The translations under genes and the position numbers were made by a program. The notes beneath the pieces were generated by a model. It ran no database searches. It saw nothing but the letters and a program-made list of their open reading frames with translations, and was not told where the DNA came from. Of a DNA stretch of 64,000 bases, positions 54,741 through 64,000 are shown one piece after another (positions within the stretch are counted from its first letter, which is position 1; the number at the start of each line of letters is the position of its first letter). This stretch comes from the human T2T-CHM13v2.0 reference genome, Homo sapiens: NCBI RefSeq assembly GCF_009914755.1, contig NC_060933.1; one strand, written 5' to 3'.

Positions 54741-55514
54741 ATTTTGTAAATGTGAATTTTACAAAGCGCTTTACAATTAATGATCACATCCTTTTGTTTG
54801 TCATGGATTTCCACTGTCTGAAACGGCTCTGAGCACGCTTGAAGCCCTCGGTTTCCCTGTTCGCTTTTGAATGTTTCAGTTTTAGTTATTGATACAATGT
54901 CAGCCATGGCTAAAAAGTAACAGTCTTGACTCTACCGAGTAACAGCACAAAAACAGAGTGAGGGCTCAGGAAAACAAAACAAAGGCTTCCTCCTTAAAAA
55001 AAAGACAAAAAAAAAAAGCTAAGCATCTGTGGCTGAAATCTAACTCAGTGGTACTGTGAAACCTTCCTTTACAGCACAGGAAAATTTATTTTTTAACAGT
55101 CGTGAGTTACAGTACTTTAACCCCTAAACAGACTCTTTAAAACAACCGTCTCCTTTTTAAAAGTCTCTTTTTTCCAAACATTCCATCCGAAGGATGGATG
55201 CTCTACTTGCACCCAGTGCCATCCAAATGTTCAAGTCAAAAATATTTATACATTTTATACTTAGTTCTTTTTTTTGTCTGCTAAAAATAGTATTGCAAGT
55301 TTTGGCTTCTTTTGACATAAAAATCACAATCGTGTACGATGCTAACAATGGAAGCGACTGATCGGAATACGAGCCGGTCGTCCAGTCTGAATGCTTGCGA
55401 TTCTGCATGATTTTCCTTTCCTTTTCTTTTTCCAAAGAAACAAAACAAACAAACACGAAAAACCTTTGCCATTTTAGAACCATCTTGTACCAAACCCTAA
55501 ATGCTCCGGTGGTG

Positions 55515-55775
55515 ACGTGCACGCGCGTGCACACACACAGACACACGCGTGCACACATACACAGACACGCGTGCAGAGACACGCACGTGCACACACAGAC
55601 GCGCGTGCACACATACACACAGACGCGCACACACACGCGCACAGACGCACACACAGACGCACACACGCACAGACACACACATGCACAGACGCGCACACAG
55701 ACGCACAGACGTGCACACACACAGACATGCACACACAGACGCACATACACACAGACACGCGCACACGCACACTCT
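55515..55775. repeat. CA/CG-rich low-complexity repeat (UG-rich in NACC2 mRNA)
   Basis: cacacacagacacacgcgtg... degenerate repeats. Confidence 0.9.
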
Positions 55776-58700
55776 CACCCACGGAGCTGGCTGGCTGACA
55801 TGACAAATGTATGCAGCAGCAACATTCTGAAACAGTAGTTACAGCTGAGGACAGCTACGAGCTCTGGATTCTGCGCTTAGGACTCGCTGCTGGCAGAGGC
55901 AGACAGAGGGTTCTTGGAGTTTTCAGTTGGTTCATGGGCCATAGATCTTTTTCCACTTGCTGCCAAGATGTTTCCGTAAAAATTTCCCTTTGAGGGGAGC
56001 CCAGGCAGTACACGGCTGGGTGGGGTGGGGGGACTGGGCCAGCGCTTAACAGTTTCAGCTGTCGAATGAGGACAGGTCAGGGTCAGGCACTAGAGCCCCC
56101 TCAGAGGGGGACCAGCCCTCCCTCCCTACCTTCCGCCTTCCTCCTGGCTCTAAACACAAATGCCAAAGAATGACTCTTCCTGGAGGAGAAAGGAGGCCAG
56201 GCAGCCGGCTCCTATGTTCTAGGAGCCCCGACCCGCAGTCACCAACGCCGGCACCCCCAGGCGGGTCCTGCTGACCTCTTGCCCACAGCTTTGTCCACAT
56301 TCAGGGGCAAAGTACAACAACCAAATCCAATGCAAAGTTAAGTGACGACAGAGAACTCGGGTGGACAGACACAATGCGGAAAACAAGACAGAATTCAAGT
56401 ACCGAGGCACCCAGCCAGGCGCGGCCCGCCGGGCTCACAGTATCTGTCACACCTCCGGTCCCTCCTGGACCTCTCCATGCAACCCAGCTGCCTCCTGGGC
56501 CCATCCCCTTGGGGAAGAGGAAGGCAGGGCAGGAGAGGCGGCTAGATCCCAGGCCCACCACCTGCCAGGCGGCAGCTCCAACACGGTCCAGTCCCTTCTG
56601 TCCTCCTCAAAAGGTGTGGAGATAACGTAGCTCTGTAATAGATTCTATATAGGATATGCGTATTGCTAATAGTCAGGCTTAGGGATAAAGGTGCAGACAT
56701 CTCATAAATACTGAGTGGCTCGTCTCTCTCTACAGGGTCTGGATGAGTCAGGGTCACACTCACAGGACAGGACAACCCCGGATTCTAGAATTAGTCATCT
56801 TGTAAACAAAGGAGGGAAGGGTCCGGCTTTCTTAATTGGTTTCCTTGGGAAAAATGATCAAAGGATGCTAAGGCACTCTGGAAGGCCCCTCTGAGCCCGG
56901 GCCGCCGCCCCCGCCCCACGGTACATTCAGGACGTGGAGGGAGCACACAGCAGGTCCGCTCAGCAGCCACGCACGTCCACAGACACTCCCGACTCACGCC
57001 CACCGTGGGACACATTAGTGCAAAATGCTCGGCCTGGCCCGCCCGGGGCGCAGGGAGAGCTCAGAACCCATTCACATTAAATTATTATTATTTAAGTTTT
57101 ATCTATAGCTCTTGCCTTCCTTACCCAGAACAAAACAGACGGCGATTACAAACGAGTGAGGAAGGGGCACGGGACATTGTGCGGGCCTGAACAGCAGTCA
57201 GGCGTCCTCTGTGCAGCCACCACCTCCGGCAGCAGCCAGCGGCTCCCTCCCTGTCCTGGCCAAGGGTGGGGGGGCACCCACTTTGGAGTGGAGGGCAGAG
57301 AGAGCCCTTCTGTCAGCAGCCAGGCCCCCAGGGATGGTCAAATTAAAGTGCAAATTTGGGTGTGGGGCAGATGAAGGAAACTCCAGAGGGAACTCAAGTG
57401 CAGCTCAACCTCACCTACCTGCCCCTGCTCCACCCCGCGGCTTCCTCCCATCTCCGAGGAAGGCTTGGTCCAGGTTCCCAGCGGGCCCCATGGGGGCTCC
57501 AACCCCACCTGTGCCCAAGACAGGGGAGGAAGAGGCAGAGAAAGGCTCCCTCTAGGCTGGGTGGTTCTTAGTTCAGCAGAAGGTCTGGATGCCTCTGCAC
57601 CACTGAGCCACCTGCGGCCCTAGGAATGCAGGTCTTGGTCCCCCTGGACGTGGGCCCTGAGGAACGGGTGGAGGGGCCGAGGTTAGCGTCCACAGTGCCT
57701 GCCCATGGTCCCCCACCTCCTTCTGGAAAGCAACGTATTTTTCTGGAGGGCAGGCATGTGCTGGGCCTGGCTGGAGGCAGCCCAGGAGGCTGAGTGCTGT
57801 CTGTAGAGGCGGCCCCACGGGAGGTCTCCTAGGGCCTCGCCACAGGGGTGGGCTTCGGGGCAGAAAGGAGCCGCCCAGTGGGAATGCGTCTAACCCACAC
57901 CCTGTAGGTCCCCAGGCCAGGGTGCAGCACATGGTCCTCCCCTAGCGGAGGCGGCCTCCGCTTGATGGGTTGTGGAGGTTGGGGGAGTGGGGTGCGCTGG
58001 TCGGCCACCGCTCACTGGCCTGTGTGCACACCGGAGGGGTGCTGATGGGCGCAGGGCTGCACTTGTTTTGCAAGTGAAGATGGGGAAGCCGAGTTCTGGA
58101 GGGACAGAGGTGAGCAACAGACATTTCAAGTCTTGGGATGGGGGGTTCTTCTGGCCACACCTGGGAAGGAGGGCTGCCCCTGGACAAGGACACAGGCCTC
58201 CAAAACAAAAGGGAGGGACACCTGGGTAGGTGGCCACACCAGCACTTCACACAGGACTTCACACAGTCTGTGAGCCCTACCACTTAAAAAACAGTAATTA
58301 AATTTCAAAGGAAGCACTCCAGCCTCAAACCAAACAGCCCCATCTTCCATGGGCCCTTCCTCCACTGTCCCTGGCCCCCCAACATGATCCCTAACCCTCT
58401 GTCCCCTACCAGTGCCCATACCTCCAACTGCCCCAGCCCAGGCCTGTCCCGGTCATCCCCTGCCTGCAGCCTCAGGCACCCTCCATCCATGCACACCCCT
58501 CAAGGCAGACGGGGAGCCCAGCACCGGGAGGACCGACTCTCGCCCTGGCCCAGCCCTGGCCGCTGCCTCCTGCCCGAGCGGAGTCCCCCGCTCCCCAGGT
58601 CCGGCCCTGAGCTCAGCTTCACACGTACTAGTCGCCCACCCGGGACCCCCTTTTTCCCCCAGTGGGAGACGAGTGGTCCCTGGCCCTGGGCGGGGGAGCA

Positions 58701-59706
58701 GGGGGACGCACCCTAACGGCCACAGATGACCCACCCCAAGCCATGGTGGGCTGGGGACAGGGACACCCATCCCACCCAAAGTTTTTGTTCTATTGAGTCT
58801 GAAAGTTTCCAAACCATATATGAAATAGATCTAAATTACAACAAAACCTAAAAAAAACAAGACAAGCATAATCCCAAAGTGGCTGAGGCGGCAGAGGGCA
58901 GCGTGTGCTACATCAGCTGTGCACGTCCCACAGTGGGCCCGGGCGGGACAGTGGGAGGCCAGGCGGGGTCAGCGGTGCCCTGGGGGTCAGGGGACCGAGG
59001 GGCTGCAGAGCCGAGACGGATCGGGCAGAACAAGGACAGGGTGTGGGGGCAGAGTAAAGTACCCTTTTCTCCACCCCGAGGGGTGGGCCACAGCCATCAC
59101 TGCCCCCTCACCACACCCCTGCACACACACGCACGCACACACACTCGTGCACACACCCCACACAGGTGGAAGGCCCGGTGGGCCTGGCCCCGAGTCTCCG
59201 AAAGAAGGAAAAACGAGGAGTTAGGCCCTGGAGCCTGAGCCCTGCCCCGTCGCCCCAGAGAGGTTCCATGGGGAAGGAAGGAAGGGTCAGTGACGCACAG
59301 CCCAGCCCCCTCGCCACAGACCACCGCCGGCCCCTGCTTCGTCTTCCGGGCAGGAGGAGCAGGAAGGGCAGGGAGGAAGGGGCAGGGCTGGGCACCAGGG
59401 GCCTGGCGGCCTCCCACCCTCCCCAAGAAGGGGGAGGGAAGCTACACTTGGAGGCTGACCTTGTGAATATCAAAAGGGAGCCCTGGGAACTTCCTCGCAG
59501 GAGGCTGCCAGTGGCCTAATTGTTTACAGTATAATGAATGCATTTGTTTCCTTCATCAATTTTAAATACAAGCAGAATAAAAATCACATTTTTCTCAGGC
59601 AACAGTAGCAGTTCAGTAGGTAAGTGGCTTGATCACATTTGTTTGTATTAGTAACGCATGCAAGCAGCTCTAGTACTCGGTCCCTCGCGCAGCCACCCAG
59701 CTCCGC

Positions 59707-60215
59707 TTACAAGGTCCCTGCATAGGTGCCCTCCGGCCTCCGGGCCGCGGCCGCCGGCGTCTGGGGCCTGCTGGGGCCGCCCCCGCCCTGCTCAAAGGGC
59801 TGTGGGGGGCTCTGGCCATCGGCGGGCAGCGGCTCGGGGGCGGCCACCTCCTGGATGACCGAGCCAGCCCCGTCCACCTCCTCGCCGGCGTCGAAGGCGG
59901 GGTTGGCGGCGGCACTCAGGTCAACATTCACGGCGTCAGTTCTCAGAGCCACGATGGTGGCGGCGTCGCCCCGCCGCTCGGCGTAGATGCGTTGCTCGAA
60001 CACCTGTGCCGCGGCGGGCGGGAACTCGGGGTCGAGGGGCACGCTGGCGGCGGCGGAGCCCATGACCGTGCGGTACATCTCCACGCCCTCCGGCAGCATG
60101 GACTTGATCTTGGGCAGCCAGCGCTTGCGAACGCGGCGGGCGTTGGTGCACATGTCCGCGGCGATCACGTTCATCTCGCTCTCCTTGAAGCTGGGGGCGA
60201 AGTTCTGACAGTACA
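59707..60215 (-). CDS. NACC2: NACC2 last coding exon (509 nt incl. TAA): (L)[37 protein letters not shown]...[11 protein letters not shown]
   Basis: Acceptor gtcctcacag|TGTAC; frame of ORF 59707..60291; encodes the end of the BEN domain and the recognised NACC2 C-terminus. Confidence 0.96.
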
Positions 60216-61147
60216 CTGTGAGGACGGGGCGGCGTGAGCTCAGCCACCTGCCTGCCGGGAGGCCCGCCCCTCCCCAAGGCCACAGAACCATGATGCCCTG
60301 GATGAGCCTCCCCGGCCGCTCCTGGGGCCCATGTGACCACCTGGGGCTCTCCTGGCCTCAGCCAGAAGACCAGAGGTCACGTTTCTCACTGCTCGGCCTG
60401 GGAGGCCTCCCCACCCCATTCCTCTGGAACAGTCTCTGGCCTGGTCAGGCCCAGCAGCCTTGGCCGTCCGCCAGCTGTGAGGCTCAGGCCTGTTTTTAAT
60501 CTCTCCGGGCTTCCGTAGCCCCAACGGCTAACGGGAACTGGTCAGAGGGTCCCCCTTTCGGGAATAACACACCCCTCCCCGTCCCAGTCCCAGCCTGGAG
60601 GAGGGGAGTGACAGAAGCCATCACTTCAGCAACACTCGCCTCCTTTCTCTGGCAGGAGCCCAGGCCAAGGCCGGGTCATTCCTCCCAACGGCATCAAACC
60701 CAGAGGCAGGTCCCAGGGGCCACGTCCACCTCGGTCCCTCCCAGAATCTTCCCAGAGCCTCGGCTGCCACCCCACACTTGGGGACTGTAATTCCTGGCTG
60801 CAAAGGCCCCTTTTTGCTCTAAAACAGAATTTGCCTCACAAGGTTTTTTTTTTTTTTTTTTTTTCTTTTTTTTAGGAAGAAAACAAGATAGTGCTTCTTG
60901 GGCCGAGGGCCACAGGAGGCTGTGCTCTTGGCCACCTGGTGCGAGCCGGCAGCAGTCAGCATCTTCCACATCTGGGGCGCGGGCCGGGGGCGGCGGTCTG
61001 CCCTGGAGATGGACCGGGCTCCGCCCCCACACGCCCAAGAGCGGGAGGCAGAAGCCGGCCGAACAGATGGCAAAGGCTCAAAATAACCGCAAAATGTAAA
61101 TAAGGGGTTTTGTTCAAAAAGGAAAATTAGATCTATTTCACATATTA

Positions 61148-61642
<495 letters not shown>

Positions 61643-62054
61643 CTAAGGGACAGGACAAAGGAAAAGCGTCTGGGCTGAGAAGATGACCGGGTGATGGGGC
61701 TGCAAGGTGACCTGAGCCTTGTCCTCAGGGACTCCGGGGACGTCTGAGGAAGCCGCTGTGTCCTCGGGAAGGGTTCTGTTGGCCCATCAGCACAACAGAA
61801 TAAGTGTGGCTCTTCATTTTTCTGTTGTGGGGGTTGCATCCACAAGCCCGTTTGAGAAAGGCCACGAAAGACAGCCCCTCCCTCCCTCCCTGGGAGCCTC
61901 TCCACCGTCCTGGGGCCGACCGGCCACGGCTGAAGTCAGGAATGCGAGAGGGCTTTCAATGCCACAACCCTGGACGATCAGACAGCTCATAGCTAAAGGA
62001 GCCAGAACCCTCCGCAGCTCCATTGTGCCCTCCAGCACTCCTGCCCCGACCTAC

Positions 62055-62160
62055 CTGTCAAAGAAGGTGGCCAGGAGCCTCCGCAGCAAGACCTTATGCT
62101 TCACCCCTGCACACAGGTGGCAGTTCATCAGCTGGCCGCGTGTGATGTAGACCCCAGAGC
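62055..62160 (-). CDS. NACC2: NACC2 coding exon (106 nt): (G)[34 protein letters not shown](R)
   Basis: Acceptor ggctgcag|GC and donor GACAG|gtagg; BEN-domain motif [12 protein letters not shown]. Upstream exons lie beyond the window. Confidence 0.96.
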
Positions 62161-62500
62161 CTGCAGCCACCAAACAGAAAAAGGGCTCGTGGCCTTCCCG
62201 GGCCATAGGGTCCGAAGAGGCGCACAGACGGGTGAGGGGGAGGGGGGGAGGTGGAGGGGGAGGAGGAGCTGGAAGCTTCTAGGACTTTTTTTGGGGAGGA
62301 GCAATTTGAGGTCCCACCTGCTGGTCACCAGGAGAGGCCATGGCCAAGGCCAGCCCCAGCAGGTCCCAAATCACACATGGAACTAAGCAGGGGGTGGGGA
62401 AAGCCACAGCGCCCCCCACCCTCCCCAACGAGCCCCAAACTCCAAGCTCTCCCGGCCATGCTGCGGTCCCCGGCCTCAGCTCCCTCCCCGAGAACACACT

Positions 62501-62780
62501 TTGTTGTTGTTTAGAGACGGGGTCTTGCTCTGTTGCCCAGGCTGGAGAGCAGTGGTGCCATCATGGCTCACTGTAGCCTCGACCTCCCGGGCTCCAGTGA
62601 TCCTCCCACCTCAGCCCCCTGAGTAGCCGGGACCACAGGCGCCACCACCATGCCCAGTTAATTTTGATGAAGTCTCCCTATGTTGCCCAGACTGGTCTTG
62701 AACACCTGGCCTCAAGCAATCTTCCCACTTCGGCCTCCCAAAGTGCTGGGATTACAGGAGGAGGGGCACTGCACCTGGCC
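62501..62780 (-). mobile_element. Alu (J-like) in NACC2 intron
   Basis: gagacggggtcttgctctgttgcccaggctgg...tcatggctcactgtagcctcgacctcccgggctc. Confidence 0.88.
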
Positions 62781-64000
62781 TAGGGAACACACTCTGAAGG
62801 GCTGGCTGTGGCCCTGGGTTTGGGAAACACTCATGTCTTTGCCTTTCTGCTCCGTCCCAGATACCAGAGAGCCCTCAGGCAACGATGAGGGAGACGGAAT
62901 CCCCTGGCTGGAGGGTATGGCTGGAGCTTTGCAGGGCCCAGTGCTGACCTCCTCTGGGTATGTGTGAAGAGGAAAACCAGCTAGGGCAGAGGCGTGGCCA
63001 GAGAGGTCCACGCTGTGCTGTTTACCCTCGGAAACTTGACCACACCCCAGGTGTCCCACCAGGGTCTGGGTGAGCGAGGGCATGGACAAGCAGCAGGACT
63101 GAACCCTCTGGGAACAATGGGGAGGGAATGCTTTCTGGGGGCAGCCAGTCTCAATGACCATGAGATGTCATGTCCTGAAGGACACTGATGTCCAGGTGCG
63201 CCTGCTTCCAGGAGCCTGTGAGTGCCCATGACCTCTTCCTGCCATGGCCCGTCTCCTGCCCCACCACTCCCACAGGCCCTTCCTGCCAGGGTCTGGGCTG
63301 GAGGAACTCTCCTGAGGAGCTCATAAACTGAAGCACGTCTCCAATCCCATCAGCCCCACACCCCAAACAGAGGCCACAGCTGCTGGAGGCTGGGATGACC
63401 GAGAGCATCTTCCTGGGACCACACCTATGTGAAGCACCAGGGCCCGCGTGGGCACCTGCGCCCCAGAGCCCAACCCCAGGGGCCCACCCAGCCGCCCCGG
63501 CAGCCCAGCACTGCGCTCGCCATCCAGAAGCAGTGCCGGGGCAGGGTGGGAGCTCAGGCCACAGCAAGGTGGGCCCCTACCCCTCCTGGCCAGGGCAGCC
63601 CAACACTGCCAGGTGCAGCCCAGGAGGCCACTCTCCCATGAGGACCGAAGTCCCTGGCAGCTGGAAGGCGAGGCCAGCCCAGGCAACCCTCAGGCAGTGG
63701 CTCACACCTGAGGCACTCGTCCTGCTGGGAGGGAAGACCCCGAGACGCTGCCCAAGGTATGGCCTTTGGGGGTGGACAGGAACAGGACAGGGCTACGCAG
63801 AACTGCTCAGGCTGTGGCCAAGGAAAGCGCCTGAGGGCCCAAGCTTGGGGCTTCCTGGAAAACCGGGAAGAAATCCCCAGAAAATGGCCCAATAGTCACC
63901 AAAGAAGATGCCCATGGCGTGGGTCAGACTGGCTTTAGCCTGCCCCATCTTCTCCTTAACAGTTGTAAAAATCTACAAGGAGCTATGACGCCAAAGGAAT

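Larger units (their letters stand above)
54715..59706 (-). other. NACC2: NACC2 3'UTR (~5 kb)
   Basis: Runs from the stop codon to the distal AATAAA; free of Alus; contains AT-rich blocks typical of conserved UTR segments. The 3' end is inferred. Confidence 0.7.

Noticed and set aside
54896-54926. cagccatgg (miR-132 3' half) next to taacagtct (miR-132 5' end), suggesting a miRNA gene or extended pairing
   Set aside because: The two pieces are in the wrong order for a miR-132 copy or for 3'-supplementary pairing, and no hairpin is evident. Only the seed site is retained as a finding.
59576-59581. AATAAA just after the NACC2 stop codon
   Set aside because: It is on the + strand, the wrong orientation for NACC2.
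60216-60291. First ~25 aa of ORF 59707..60291
   Set aside because: Intronic read-through upstream of the acceptor at 60215/60216.

Overview
Human (primate) genomic DNA: GC-rich, Alu-dense, and recognisable as the 9q34.3 UBAC1-NACC2 interval. Two protein-coding genes are present, both on the - strand. UBAC1 (KPC2) contributes coding exons 1-3 (8447-8584, 2720-2840, 1105-1178) and a CpG-island promoter at ~8.05-9.0 kb. NACC2 (BTB/BEN repressor) contributes its last three coding exons (62055-62160, 61390-61487, 59707-60215) and a ~5 kb 3'UTR ending near an AATAAA at 54735-54740. All splice junctions are GT-AG and phase-consistent. The ~45 kb between the genes has no credible coding sequence. It holds Alu, L1, L2, MIR, LTR and DNA-transposon relics, five GC-skewed minisatellites (35, 36, 40, 48 and 47 bp units), and several AT-rich, homeodomain-motif-rich islands that look like enhancers. 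I found no new protein-coding or prokaryote-type system. The most interesting signals are regulatory: (1) a 77-bp tandem duplication carrying two RE1/NRSE (REST)-like sites; (2) a duplicated ~100-bp ETS/CRE/ZNF143 promoter cassette; (3) the enhancer-like islands; (4) clustered miR-132/212 and other seed sites around two candidate poly(A) signals in the NACC2 3'UTR; (5) inverted Alus tightly flanking UBAC1 exon 3; (6) an Alu with a perfect 135-bp internal duplication. Repeat family names and boundaries are by-eye recognition and approximate.
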